Assembly (NCBI GenBank): GCA_937897575.1
Contig: CALCQG010000005.1
Coordinates: forward strand, 16,526 to 80,525
DNA: 64,000 nt
DNA from: an uncultured Synergistales bacterium
GTDB lineage: Bacteria; Synergistota; Synergistia; Synergistales; Aminobacteriaceae
Direction: 5' to 3'
The notes under the pieces were generated by a model, which ran no database searches, was not told the DNA's origin, and saw only the letters and a program-made list of their open reading frames with translations. This document shows positions 26,301-35,752 of the stretch, in pieces. Positions within the stretch are counted from its first letter, which is position 1; each line of letters opens with the position of its first letter. Position numbers and translations under genes: made by a program.

Positions 26301-26566
26301 TTGCCCTGGCCACGCTCTGGGGGCGGAACTCCGAGCCCCTGCCCCTCATCCTGGACGACCTTCTCGTCCGGTTCGACGAAGGCCGGCAGAGGGGCGCCGC
26401 CGAGGCCATCGTGGAGGCGGCCAAGGACAATCAGATACTGCTCTTCACCTGCCAGAAGAGGACCATGGAGGTCTTCCGACAGGTCCAGGCGGACAGAGGG
26501 CCGTCCTACGCCGACGCCTTCTCGTTCTACTCCATTCAGGACGGGACGTTCCACCCCGTGGCGTGA
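23345..26566 (+). CDS. SbcC/YhaN-like AAA ATPase with long coiled coils and a central TM hairpin
   Basis: Walker A is GENESGKTT. Long heptad-rich Glu/Leu/Arg regions. C-terminal ABC-type signature and Walker B region (WSAGLGDQVYLSMRLAL...PLILDDLLVRFD). The start overlaps the sbcD-like stop (ATGA). Confidence 0.85.
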   Translation: MKIRDFFVSSFGIFSGDGASLSKGLTVFEGENESGKTTLMNFFRRVLFPRERYTRNRGNAYEPVKGGKQGGHVRIRMESGDEYLLLLDGAKNFISAPNGSETAEMPMNFLSINRDIYESVFAMGLPDMQSLAPLNSSDVAARFFAAGAGLGSASLPKLMTSLEARQNELYRPGNARSVSAVNQLLASLNDVDGRIRAIWEQNGAWSEKKQTLRDMERTLEEKKAALAALKERLGTLDLMEKGRAAWGALTEIRRKLGELSDLHPFPEDGIARLERLDENRQRLAKQVARVEEELNARESQLRELEGDPLMVCLESSEVIESLEQESERFRSSLEQRALLEKDGTTGERLFLKNLSDLCSWWTEEHLVNADASSSAEAYARRVAEEKDALERRRSEGEKSLAQWNRLRDDRRSEDAQLKKEMGSVEAQAGRATERWSGISSLKSLFDDLQDGEAKLNVLEEDGKKLEAEREAALREEPAAPGTLVGLVATVLLAVGGGAAYQAYLTSDRAWIFGAGALFFSSILAFSAHRDQKRKHEAGRELWQARVADIDAREADRASLVGDQSAALDALREQGAEIASRIGVPFPESDEEMDALVAEGEMDNVAHERFTVLGERSRQMASVLARMDSEGDDMERDLAATMKRYDSLQEGWRQWLAGRKYDQQLEPRDMPGYIARVLQLRSERGAVEARRRETEGLDGYIAEVRGRITGLTNCFAAMGSDVPGEPDESTIHALFAALRRAQEKQGAVEALRKEIRSIRSLVDEQRAEMGDADARCEELLAHAGANGEEGFRSLAAQWNERKNLQTEEFQERKVLLGLFGNEEALDRAAGELSSRSAPEISAENEQKRAEISALEAETEALADGKSRLALEVEQISADERLSELLFERKETEQRLDDALGDWLSVFLTRHFLEASKAKHERERQPEVIRRAGLYLSLMTNDRYTLLSEGAEQGLSVVLEEKDPSRARKDELKWSAGLGDQVYLSMRLALATLWGRNSEPLPLILDDLLVRFDEGRQRGAAEAIVEAAKDNQILLFTCQKRTMEVFRQVQADRGPSYADAFSFYSIQDGTFHPVA

Positions 26567-26654
26567 CGGAGGGCCTGAAGCTCCGTTCACCGGCAGTACG
26601 GGGAGGAGGGACGGGATCGCGCCGTCCCTCCTCCGATGAAAGGCGGTCGGTTGC

Positions 26655-27638
26655 ATGAGCTGGATCGAAAGAATAGGCGGGGCGAACGTGGGGACCCTTT
26701 CCTTCTCGGAGCCCCTGGCGCGGCACTGCACCTGGCGGATCGGCGGCCCGGCCGACGTCCTCGCCGAACCGGGGACGGAGGAGGAGATCGCCCGCCTCGT
26801 GGCCTTCGCCGGCGAGGAGGGCGTGCCCCTCGTGGTCGTCGGCCGGGGGAGCAACCTGCTCTTCTGCGACGAGGGCGTGCGGGGCATCGTCCTGAAGCTC
26901 GGGCGGCGCTTCTCGGACCTGACCATCGAGGGACAGGCCGTCCGGGCCCAGGGAGGACTCTGGGTCCCCCGCCTCGCCAGGCGGCTGGCGTCGGCGGGGC
27001 TCTCGGGCTTCGAGCACGCCGCGGGCATCCCCGGGTCCCTGGGCGGATTGATCACCATGAACGGCGGCAGCCTGCGGAAAAGCGTGGGGGACAACGTGGT
27101 CTCCGTGTTCGCACTCTCCCTCGCGGGGGAGCGGCGGACCTTCCGCCGGGACGAGTGCGCCTTCTCCTACCGGCGGTCCCGGTTTCAGGACCCCGTGGGC
27201 GCGCCCGGCGAGACGTGGATCGTCCTCGGCGCGTCGCTGGTCTTCCCCCGAGGGGACAGACGGGCCATCCGGCGGGAGACGCTCGCCGTCCTGGCCGAGC
27301 GGCGCGGAAAGTTCCCCCTGCGGCAGCCCAACTGCGGCTCCGTGTTCACCAACGACCCGGCCGTGTACGAGCTCGCCGGGCCTCCGGGCCGCATCGTGGA
27401 GGAGACGGGGCTCAAGGGCCTTCAGATGGGGGGTGTCCAGGTCTCGCCGCGGCATGCGAACTTCATGGTCAACGTAGGCGAAGCCACGGCCCGGGACGTG
27501 CTGACCCTCGTGTCGGAGGTCCGACGCCGCGTCCACGACCGCATCGGCGTCTGGATCGAGTGCGAGGTGCGCCATGTGGACGAAGGGGGACGGATCGCCC
27601 CCGTCTCGCCGATCTGCGAAGGAGGAGAACAGAGATGA
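26655..27638 (+). CDS. murB: UDP-N-acetylenolpyruvoylglucosamine reductase
   Basis: VVGRGSNLL, GIPGSLGG, NCGSVFTNP-like (NCGSVFTND), VSPRHANFMVN. Confidence 0.9.
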   Translation: MSWIERIGGANVGTLSFSEPLARHCTWRIGGPADVLAEPGTEEEIARLVAFAGEEGVPLVVVGRGSNLLFCDEGVRGIVLKLGRRFSDLTIEGQAVRAQGGLWVPRLARRLASAGLSGFEHAAGIPGSLGGLITMNGGSLRKSVGDNVVSVFALSLAGERRTFRRDECAFSYRRSRFQDPVGAPGETWIVLGASLVFPRGDRRAIRRETLAVLAERRGKFPLRQPNCGSVFTNDPAVYELAGPPGRIVEETGLKGLQMGGVQVSPRHANFMVNVGEATARDVLTLVSEVRRRVHDRIGVWIECEVRHVDEGGRIAPVSPICEGGEQR

Positions 27639-28816
27639 AGGACGTGAAGCGACGGATTCTGGCGGCGGCCGACGAGACGGGCGCCGAGCTGCTGGCGTTG
27701 AGCCACCGTATCCACAGTCATCCGGAGACGGCCTACGAGGAGGTCCAGGCCGCCCGGTGGCAGAAAGAGCTGCTCGAAGCCCACGGGTTCGCGGTCGAGA
27801 TGCCCTTCTGCGGCCTCGAGACGGCCTTTCGGGCCGTGAAGCGGGGCAAGGGGCCCGGCCCTGTGGTGGCCTTCCTCTCGGAGTACGACGCCCTCAAAGG
27901 CCTCGGCCACGCCTGCGGCCACAACATCATCGCCGCGGCCTCCTGCGGCGCGGGGATCGCTCTGGGCTCGGTCCTGGGCGACCTGGCCGGCGAGGTGCAG
28001 GTCCTGGGCACGCCGGCCGAGGAGGGCGGCGGCGGAAAGGTCCGCCTCGTGGACGAGGGGGCCTTCCGGGGCGTGGATTTCGCCCTCATGATGCACCCCA
28101 GCACGAGGAACATCATTGGACGGTCGGCCCTGGCGGCCCAGCACGTCGAGGTGGCCTTCACGGGCAGGGCGGCCCACTCCGCCACGCCGGACAAGGGCGT
28201 GAACGCCCTCACGTCCCTCATCGCCTTCTTCAACGCCATCGACACCCTGCGCCAGACCTGGCCGAACACGGCGAAGATCAACGGCTGCATCACCAAAGGG
28301 GGCAAGGCCTCCAACATCATCCCCGACGAGGCCGAGGCCCTCTACACCGTCCGGGCCTCCACGCGGAAGGAGCTTCGGGCCATGTACGCCGACCTCGAGC
28401 GCGTGGCCCGGGCGGCCGCCCGGGTCACCGGGGCGACGGTGACCATCGGGAGCGATGCCCCCTACGCCGAGCGCTACTCGAACAGAGCCATGGGCGAGGC
28501 CTTCAAGGCCAACATGGAGGCCCTGGGGGAAGCCATGGAGTACCCGGATCCAAAGGAGCGGGTGGGGTCGTCGGACGTGGGGAACGTGTCCCTTGAGATC
28601 CCCACGATCCACGAGTACCTGGCCATCGCCGACCCCTCCGTGGCGGGGCACACGCCGGAGTTCCGCGAAGCCTCCCTCTCGAAGCGGGGCGACGACGTGG
28701 TGCTCCTGGCGGCCAAGGGGTTGGCCTGCACGGGCTACGACCTTCTGGCCGACGCCGCCCTTCGGGACGAGGTGCAGCGGGAGTTCAGGGAGACGGTGCT
28801 CCCCTTCAGGGGCTAG
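27635..28816 (+). CDS. M20 family amidohydrolase/peptidase
   Basis: IHSHPETAYEE, GHACGHNII and GTPAEEGGGGK are typical of the M20D amidohydrolase family. The ATG overlaps the murB stop. Confidence 0.85.
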   Translation: MKDVKRRILAAADETGAELLALSHRIHSHPETAYEEVQAARWQKELLEAHGFAVEMPFCGLETAFRAVKRGKGPGPVVAFLSEYDALKGLGHACGHNIIAAASCGAGIALGSVLGDLAGEVQVLGTPAEEGGGGKVRLVDEGAFRGVDFALMMHPSTRNIIGRSALAAQHVEVAFTGRAAHSATPDKGVNALTSLIAFFNAIDTLRQTWPNTAKINGCITKGGKASNIIPDEAEALYTVRASTRKELRAMYADLERVARAAARVTGATVTIGSDAPYAERYSNRAMGEAFKANMEALGEAMEYPDPKERVGSSDVGNVSLEIPTIHEYLAIADPSVAGHTPEFREASLSKRGDDVVLLAAKGLACTGYDLLADAALRDEVQREFRETVLPFRG

Positions 28817-28924
28817 GGGCTGTCGTTCGCGGGACGATTTTGGTACACTGTGCGATACACCTGCGGCCCACCCGGCACGCCCGGGCGGGCCGCATTGATA
28901 TTCAGAGCGAAGGAGCGGTCCATC

Positions 28925-29746
28925 ATGAGGGAAGGGTACAGAATCGCCGTCCTCGGGGCGGGGAACATCGGCACGAGCATCGCCAAGGGGCTCGTCCAGT
29001 CGGGGCGCTTCTCCCCGTCGAGGATCGTCCTCGCCAGGCGGAGGACGCACCTGCTTGAGGAGTTCAAAAATCAGGGGTTCGAGATCACAGACGACAACCT
29101 GGCAGCCGTCGCCTCCTGCGACGTGCTCCTGATAGCCGTTGAGCCCCAGCGCATGAACATCCTGCTGGACGAGATCGCCCCGGCCGTGGACCCGGAGCGC
29201 CACAGGGTCATCTCCGTGGTGACGGGCGTCCTGATCCGGCAGATCGAGGAGCGACTCGGCAAAGCCGTCTCCATCGTCCGGGCCATGCCCAACACGGCCA
29301 TCGCCGTGCGGGAGTCCATGACCTGCCTGGCCTCCAACGGGACGGACGACGAGGCCCTCGAGACGGCCAGGGCGATCTTCAACGAAGTGGGGAAGACCCT
29401 CCGCCTCCGGGAGGAGGACATGATCGCCGCCACGGCCCTGGGGGCGTGCGGCATCGCCTACTTCCTCCGGGCCATCCGGGCGGCGTCCCAGGGGGGCATC
29501 GAGGTGGGCCTGTCGGCGAAGAACGCGCTCCTCATGGCCACCCAGACGGCCAAGGGCGCGGCCTGCCTCCTCGCCGCCAACGGCTCCCACCCGGAGAACG
29601 AGATCGACAAGGTGACCACGCCGAAGGGCTGCACCATCCTCGGCCTGAACCGCATGGAGCACGAGGGCTTCAGCTCGGCCCTCATCCGGGGGATCACCGT
29701 CTCGGCGGAGAAGGCGGCGACGCTCTACAGCGACGGGAAGCAGTGA
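28925..29746 (+). CDS. proC: pyrroline-5-carboxylate reductase
   Basis: IAVLGAGNIGTSIAKGL (Rossmann fold), RAMPNTAIAVRESMT, VTTPKGCTILGL. AAGGAG SD upstream of ATG 28925. Confidence 0.9.
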   Translation: MREGYRIAVLGAGNIGTSIAKGLVQSGRFSPSRIVLARRRTHLLEEFKNQGFEITDDNLAAVASCDVLLIAVEPQRMNILLDEIAPAVDPERHRVISVVTGVLIRQIEERLGKAVSIVRAMPNTAIAVRESMTCLASNGTDDEALETARAIFNEVGKTLRLREEDMIAATALGACGIAYFLRAIRAASQGGIEVGLSAKNALLMATQTAKGAACLLAANGSHPENEIDKVTTPKGCTILGLNRMEHEGFSSALIRGITVSAEKAATLYSDGKQ

Positions 29747-30007
29747 ACGCCGGGGCGAGAGGCACGGGCCTCATCCGCCCTTGGCAGGGAAGATCCCTGG
29801 AGGGTGAAGGCCGTGCTCGGGAAGAGGGCACTCGTCCCGGGCTAGGGGCCTGGAATCGCCGGGCCCGGTCTCACGCATCCGAACGGGAGCTTCCCGGCCT
29901 GGGGGCTTTCTGATCGACCGTTGGGGGGTCCCTCCTGCATCTTGCGCCGGATACGGAACAGCGGGATAATTCAATGAAGTCCGTGCATTGAAAAAGGAGG
30001 CCTTCCC

Positions 30008-31093
30008 GTGAGAAAATGCAGCCTGTTTGCCGCCGTTCTCCTGTTGTCCGCCCTCTTCCCCCTCGTCGCCCATGCGCAGCCCCAGATGGAGGCCCACTAC
30101 TTTATCCCGGAGTACTACCCCACGGTGGAAGAGGCGGTGGGAAGGCTCAAGAACATTCAACCCATGCTCATGGGAGGGGAGGACGGAATCCTTCGGTCCG
30201 TCGAGGTGGACCGATTCGGCATACGCTTCTTCTGGACCGTCGGGCAGGCGACGATCATCCCCTTCGATACGCTCTCCAGGATGAGAATTTTCCATAACAC
30301 AACCTTCGAGGGGCCCTGTCCGTGGTTTGTCGCGGCGAAGGTCTCCGAGGAGGTCGACCAGCCCTTTGTGCGGACGACGACGAAGGACGTATCGCAGAAC
30401 CTGTACTCCATCATCGCGAGCCTGACGGCCGCGGCGGGGCACCCGCTCGAACTGGCGGGCAATCTGGGCGGTTCCTCCGACAACCCGACGGAGAAGGACG
30501 TCAAGAACGCCGGGTTGAAGAAAAAAACCGGCGTGGTCGTGAATCTTGTGGAGATCGGAAGTCCTGCGGAAAAGGCGGGGATGAAAACGGGGGACATCAT
30601 TCTCTCCGCAAACGGGCACGTCGTCGAGTCCTACGAGAAGTTCGGGGAGGAGATCTGGCCCTCTCTCGTCTCCTCCGACCGGTTCGCTCTCGAGATCATG
30701 AGGAAGGGCAAGAAACAGACGCTTACGGTCAGGCTTCCGTCGGCGGAAGAGCTCCCCGTTCCTCCGAAGAGCCTCACCTTCGGCCAGGCCTCGTCCGCCC
30801 AGGGAGAGGAGCGGGCTCCGAAGCTCGGGTTCGTGCTGAGGAATCTGACCATGCAGGAGAAGGGGCTCCTGAAGGGGAGGACGGGGGCGGTCATCCTCGA
30901 GATAAAGCCCGGCGGGCTCGCCGAGGCGATGAAGATGCAGCCCGGTGATATTATCCTCTTCTGCAACGGAAAGGCGGTGCCGTCCGCCGAGGGGCTTTCG
31001 CCCCTTCTCGCGGAGGGCGAGAACAACTTCCTGCTGCTGAGGGACGGGAAGGAGCTTACCGTGGGGATCAACACCGTCACCGCGAACTATTGA
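30008..31093 (+). CDS. secreted protein with two PDZ domains
   Basis: GTG start 8 nt after AAGGAGG. Signal peptide MRKCSLFAAVLLLSALFPLVAHA. PDZ-like blocks GVVVNLVEIGSPAEKAGMKTGDIILSANG and GAVILEIKPGGLAEAMKMQPGDIILFCNG. Confidence 0.75.
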   Translation: MRKCSLFAAVLLLSALFPLVAHAQPQMEAHYFIPEYYPTVEEAVGRLKNIQPMLMGGEDGILRSVEVDRFGIRFFWTVGQATIIPFDTLSRMRIFHNTTFEGPCPWFVAAKVSEEVDQPFVRTTTKDVSQNLYSIIASLTAAAGHPLELAGNLGGSSDNPTEKDVKNAGLKKKTGVVVNLVEIGSPAEKAGMKTGDIILSANGHVVESYEKFGEEIWPSLVSSDRFALEIMRKGKKQTLTVRLPSAEELPVPPKSLTFGQASSAQGEERAPKLGFVLRNLTMQEKGLLKGRTGAVILEIKPGGLAEAMKMQPGDIILFCNGKAVPSAEGLSPLLAEGENNFLLLRDGKELTVGINTVTANY

Positions 31094-31261
31094 GCCTCGG
31101 GCGGTGCCTCCGCTGCCCGAGGCGGATCGCTAACCCCGTTGAAGCCCGAAAGGGAGGGTGCCGCGCTCTTCGAAAGCCCTGGCCGTTTTGCCGATAGCGG
31201 GGCGACGGGCGTCGCAAAGCCACCAAGGGGCTCCTGCAGAAAGAGGCTACCTCCGTGCAAA

Positions 31262-31293
31262 GAGGCCCCCGAGCATACGTGCTCGGGGGCCTC
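31262..31293. terminator. hairpin between the convergent PDZ and MATE genes
   Basis: GAGGCCCCCGAGC-atacg-tGCTCGGGGGCCTC forms a GC-rich 13-14 bp stem. Confidence 0.5.
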
Positions 31294-31368
31294 TCCTCAT
31301 TGTACCAGCCCATCCTACCGAAGGGCGTGCTTGCTCCGTCCCCCTGCTCTTCGGCGCGGCGCCCCCGA

Positions 31369-32760
31369 TCATAAAGAGAGCTGTCCCAGCCGACGGACCT
31401 CCCGTGTCACGAAGTAGAGCGTCAGGGAGAAGGAGAACAGGTCGGCCAGAGGGAAGGAGATCCAGACCCCCGTCGTCCCGAAGAGCCCGGGCAGGACGAG
31501 GATCAGCGGGATCAGCAGCAGGACCTGCCGGGACAGGGAGAGCAGGAAGGCCGGCCGCGCTTTCCCCAGGGCCTGGAACATGGTGGCGCCGATGATCTGG
31601 AACCCCACCACGAAGAAACCCATGTAGACCGTGCGCATGGCCGATGTCCCGATGGACAGGAGCACCTCGTCGGTGGAGAATACATGGAGGATGGCCCCAG
31701 GAAAGGTCATGGCGACGACGAAGCCGATAACGGCCACCGTCGACGCCGAGACGATGGCGACCAGGGTTGTCCGTCGGGCGCGCTCCATGTTCCCCGCACC
31801 GTAGTTGTAGCCGAGAATGGGCTGGAACCCCTGGGCGATTCCCATCAGCGGGAAGAAGAAAAAGGACATGGCCTTGTGGATGATGCCGTAGGCGGCCACG
31901 TGCATGTCGCCCCCCCACCGCGAGAGGGCCGCGTTGATGAGCACCATGGAGAAGCTCCCCGACGCCATCCGGGTGAACTCTGAAAGTCCGATAATCACGA
32001 TCTCCCGGAACATGCCGAGATCAGGCCGGAGATCGCGTACCCCTCCGAGGCGCAAGACGCTTCGGCTGCCCCGAAAGTGGAAGGATATCCACAGGAACAT
32101 GGCGATCTGGGAGAGCACCGTGGCCGCCGCGGCCCCCTTCACGCCCCACCCGAACCAGAAGATGAAGATGGGGTCGAGAATGGTGTTCAGAATCCCCGAG
32201 ATGAGGAGCGACACCATGGATATCTTGGCGTCCCCCTCCGCCCGGGCGGTGTGGTTTCCCACCATGGCGACCATCTGGACCGGAGCCCCGAGGAGGATGA
32301 CGGAGAGATAGTCCTTTGCTTGAGGGAGGATCGCGGGGCTCGCCCCGAAGAGGCGGAGGATGTTGTCGATATTCGTCAGCACGAGGGCCGCGACGGTTAT
32401 TCCAACGGCGACGGCGAAAAAGACGGCGGTGCCGAAGGCCTTCCGGGCTCTGGGGATATCCCCGGCGCCGAGGCTCCGTGAGATGATGGAGGCGCCGCCG
32501 GCCGCCGCCATGACGGCCAGAGCGCTCGCGATGAGCTGGACGGGAAAACAAATGGCCACCGCCGCGATGCCGAGGGATCCCACGCCGCGGCCGATGAAGA
32601 TGGTGTCCACGATGTTGTAGGACGCCATGACGATCATCCCGATGGTGGACGGAAGGGAGAGACGGAAAAGGAGCCTCCCGATGGGCTCCGTTCCGAGAGC
32701 GTTCGAGTTCTGACGCACAGTGAACCTCCTGAAAAAAGGAAGGGTTGCCTCCACGGCCAC
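31369..32760 (-). CDS. MATE family efflux transporter
   Basis: 463-aa protein with about 12 TM helices. N-terminal LGTEPIGRLLFRLSLPSTIGMIVMASYNIVDTIFIGR is typical of MATE/NorM. The exact start is uncertain. Confidence 0.85.
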   Translation of the reverse strand: MAVEATLPFFRRFTVRQNSNALGTEPIGRLLFRLSLPSTIGMIVMASYNIVDTIFIGRGVGSLGIAAVAICFPVQLIASALAVMAAAGGASIISRSLGAGDIPRARKAFGTAVFFAVAVGITVAALVLTNIDNILRLFGASPAILPQAKDYLSVILLGAPVQMVAMVGNHTARAEGDAKISMVSLLISGILNTILDPIFIFWFGWGVKGAAAATVLSQIAMFLWISFHFRGSRSVLRLGGVRDLRPDLGMFREIVIIGLSEFTRMASGSFSMVLINAALSRWGGDMHVAAYGIIHKAMSFFFFPLMGIAQGFQPILGYNYGAGNMERARRTTLVAIVSASTVAVIGFVVAMTFPGAILHVFSTDEVLLSIGTSAMRTVYMGFFVVGFQIIGATMFQALGKARPAFLLSLSRQVLLLIPLILVLPGLFGTTGVWISFPLADLFSFSLTLYFVTREVRRLGQLSL

Positions 32761-33236
32761 CCTTCCATCGTTTTTTGATAGGATTCCGCATTCTTGTTTT
32801 TTATTGTATCAGAAAGAGCGGGACGGCAGGAATTTTTTGCGCCACGCCGGTCATGTTGCCCCTGATAATCTTGACCTCGCCCGTTGCACCTCAGTGTGCA
32901 CGCAACTACGGGCAGAGCTTTCAGCGCAGCATATTAGAGATCAATTGTTTCTTAAATAGATCTATGATAAACTTTCGTTTCGACCGATGCCTGTCGAATG
33001 TATCCTGCACTTCGGTGATCTCTTGAGCATGGGGATATCTATAAGAACTGAAAGCATGTGGGTCTGAAGAGAGAGGGTGTATGCCGCGGTAATTGTTGTT
33101 TGTTTTTGTTCCCTGCTGTAAAAAAGTGTTGAAGGAGCCATCGCCATGTGCCCATGACCGCCCATGGCGATGACAAAGATGTCAATCCGAGCAAACGAAG
33201 TGCTCTAGTCTAAAATAGCAAAGGGAGATGAGGAGA

Positions 33237-34748
33237 ATGAAAAAGTCACTGTCCATAGTCTGTCTGGTTGTTTGCCTGCTGTCTGCCTCCGTCGGGGTGG
33301 CGCTGGCGGACAACGGGAGCATCGTCATCGCGCCGGCGGCGGATGCGAAGACGCTGAACCCGTTGAAGGCGTCCGACTCCTACTCGCTGTACTCCGTCTA
33401 CCTGATGTACGATCCGCTGTTCACCATCGGGCAGAACCTCGAACCCGTCCCGGTGCTTGCGCTCAGCTATGAGACCCCTGATGACAAGACCTACGTCATC
33501 CACCTGCGGGACGACGTGCGGTTCCATGACGGCGTTGCGCTGACCGCCGAGGACGTGAAGTTCACCTACGACTTCATCCGGGACAAAGCGAACGGGAACC
33601 GGTACGCCAGCTACTACGACCTGGTGGAGAGCATCGATGTCCTCGATCCACACACGGTACGGTTTGTCACCAAAGAACCCTATGCCCCGCTGATCGCCAA
33701 CCTCAACCTCTGCATCGCCCCGAAGCACATCGCCGAGAAGGATCCGGCGGCGCTGGACCTCCGTCCCGTCGGGTCGGGAGCGTACAAATTCGTCTCCTGG
33801 AATCCTCAGGAGAAGATGGTGCTCGAGGCGAACCCCGAGTACTGGGTTCCCGGGGTGCCCAAGATCAAGAGCGTGACGCTGCGCCCCATCGGCGAGGCGA
33901 CCACCCGTATGGTGGCGCTCGAGACGGGGGACGTGGACATCGCGGACCACCTTCCCCCATCCCAGACAAAGAAGCTCCTCGCTGAAGGGCTGAAGGTCAT
34001 CCCGACCCAGCCGAACGGGTACAACATGATCACGTTCAACCAGACGAAGGCTCCGTTCAACGACAGGCGCGTCCGGGAGGCCATGACGCTGGCCCTGAAC
34101 CGGTCGGAGATCGTGGAGTTCGTATGGTACGGCCAGAACCTCCTGCTGAACAGCCCGATCATCCCCGATTCCTGGGCCTACGAGCCTCGTGTGAAGAACT
34201 ACGGGCAGGACATCCAACGGGCGAAGGAGCTTCTTGCGGAGGCCGGGTATCCGAACGGATTCGAGTTCCAGCTCTCCCTTGAGGCCGACGAGAACGTGAA
34301 GAAGTTCGTCGAGATCGCCCAGCAGCAGTGGCTTCAGATAGGCCTGAAGGGCAACATGGTGGCGAAAGAGTGGGGGGCCTTCTTCAACGACATTACGTCG
34401 GGGAAGTACGAGGTGTGCGCGTGGCAGAGCCTCGACCAGAAGGACCCCGACGTGCCGCTGTACCGGATGTTCCACTCGAGCAACTGGGCGCCGAACGGCT
34501 ACAACTGGATCTTCTACAAGAACCCCGAGCTGGACGACATTCTTTTCAAGGCCCGGACCACCCTGGACAGGGAGAAGCGAAAGGAGCTCTACAGCAAGGC
34601 GCAGCTCATCCTGTCCGAGGACTTCGTCTGCCTCTTCCTGGCGGAGTACAAGAAGTTCATCGGGACGTCGTCCGCAGTGGAGGGCTTCTACTACTCGCCC
34701 TACGACTACCTTCGGCCGCTGCTGACGGCCACGATCAGCGGCAAATAG
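33237..34748 (+). CDS. ABC transporter substrate-binding protein, family 5 (peptide/nickel/opine type)
   Basis: Signal peptide MKKSLSIVCLVVCLLSASVGVALA, then SBP_bac_5-like blocks (..TLNPL..YDPLF..DDKTYVIHLRDDVRFHDG..). ATG 33237 is preferred over 33228 on SD spacing. Confidence 0.85.
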   Translation: MKKSLSIVCLVVCLLSASVGVALADNGSIVIAPAADAKTLNPLKASDSYSLYSVYLMYDPLFTIGQNLEPVPVLALSYETPDDKTYVIHLRDDVRFHDGVALTAEDVKFTYDFIRDKANGNRYASYYDLVESIDVLDPHTVRFVTKEPYAPLIANLNLCIAPKHIAEKDPAALDLRPVGSGAYKFVSWNPQEKMVLEANPEYWVPGVPKIKSVTLRPIGEATTRMVALETGDVDIADHLPPSQTKKLLAEGLKVIPTQPNGYNMITFNQTKAPFNDRRVREAMTLALNRSEIVEFVWYGQNLLLNSPIIPDSWAYEPRVKNYGQDIQRAKELLAEAGYPNGFEFQLSLEADENVKKFVEIAQQQWLQIGLKGNMVAKEWGAFFNDITSGKYEVCAWQSLDQKDPDVPLYRMFHSSNWAPNGYNWIFYKNPELDDILFKARTTLDREKRKELYSKAQLILSEDFVCLFLAEYKKFIGTSSAVEGFYYSPYDYLRPLLTATISGK

Positions 34749-34764
34749 TGCGTAAAAACTACCG

Positions 34765-34795
34765 GCGGGCCGGCGCCCTCAAAGCGCCGACCCGC
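34765..34795 (+). other. intercistronic stem-loop after the SBP gene
   Basis: GCGGGCCGGCGC-cctcaaa-GCGCCGACCCGC forms a 12-bp stem with one mismatch. Its position is typical of mRNA-stabilising or attenuating hairpins in ABC operons. Confidence 0.4.
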
Positions 34796-34813
34796 TAAGA
34801 GGGCTGCTCCGTC

Positions 34814-35737
34814 ATGGTGCTCTACATCCTGAGAAGACTGTTCCAGAGCGTCTGGGTGCTCGTGGGCGTCACCGTCCTCGTCTTTGCCCTCGTGCAGCTG
34901 ATCCCAGGAGGGCCTGCCCTGATGATCCTCGGAGAGGATGCCACGGCGGAGCAGATCACCCTGGTGAATCAGCGACTGGGCCTGGACCGCCCGCTTCACG
35001 TCCAGTACCTCGACTGGCTCGGCAAGGTGGTCCGAGGGGATTTCGGAGTGTCCTTTCAGGACAGCAGGCCCATCCTGCCCGATCTGCTGAACCGGATGCC
35101 GGCGACGCTCGAGCTTCTCGTCGTGGCCATGTTCTTCTCCCTGATCATCGCGCTGCCCATCGGCATCATCTCCGCCGTCAAACCGAACTCCCTGCTGGAC
35201 AACGTCGGACGGGTTCTTGCCCTCCTCGGCGTCTCCATGCCGAGCTTCTGGATCGGGCTCCTCCTCATCATGGTGTTCGCGCGGAACCTTGGATGGTTCC
35301 CGGCGGTGGGACGCGAGAGCTGGACGAGCGTCATCATGCCGGCCTTCGCGCTCGGCGTTTCGATGGCGGGCATTCTGATGCGAATGATCCGGTCGAGCCT
35401 TCTCGAGGTCCTGAGGGAGGACTATCTGAAAACCGCCCGGGCGAAGGGATTGACCGAGAAGGTGGTCGTGCTGAAACACGCCATGCGAAACGCCATCCTC
35501 CCCGTGATCACGACGATCGCCCTGCAGGTCGGGAATTTGCTGGGGGGATCGGTGGTCATAGAGACCGTGTTCGCGTGGCCCGGCATGGGACGGTTCTGTT
35601 ACATGCGGATGCTGCAGCGGGATATCCCGACGATCATGGGAAATCTGATGCTCTACGCCGTCTTCGTCTGCATCCTTAACATCGTCACGGACCTGCTCTA
35701 TGCCTATTTCGACCCGAGAATCCGCTACAGCGGCTGA
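34814..35737 (+). CDS. ABC transporter permease (DppB/OppB-like)
   Basis: MVLYILRRLFQSVWVLVGVTVLVFALVQLIPGGPA is the canonical DppB N-terminus. EAA-loop region ..KTARAKGLTEKVVVLKHAMRNA. Confidence 0.9.
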   Translation: MVLYILRRLFQSVWVLVGVTVLVFALVQLIPGGPALMILGEDATAEQITLVNQRLGLDRPLHVQYLDWLGKVVRGDFGVSFQDSRPILPDLLNRMPATLELLVVAMFFSLIIALPIGIISAVKPNSLLDNVGRVLALLGVSMPSFWIGLLLIMVFARNLGWFPAVGRESWTSVIMPAFALGVSMAGILMRMIRSSLLEVLREDYLKTARAKGLTEKVVVLKHAMRNAILPVITTIALQVGNLLGGSVVIETVFAWPGMGRFCYMRMLQRDIPTIMGNLMLYAVFVCILNIVTDLLYAYFDPRIRYSG

Positions 35738-35752
35738 GTGAGGACGCAAGTT

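Noticed and set aside
31138-31152. Third copy of the wzz-flanking repeat (TGAAGCCCGAAAGGG).
   Set aside because: Only about 15 nt match, and the rest of the 57-nt element is absent. It is noted in the repeat finding but not called as a feature.
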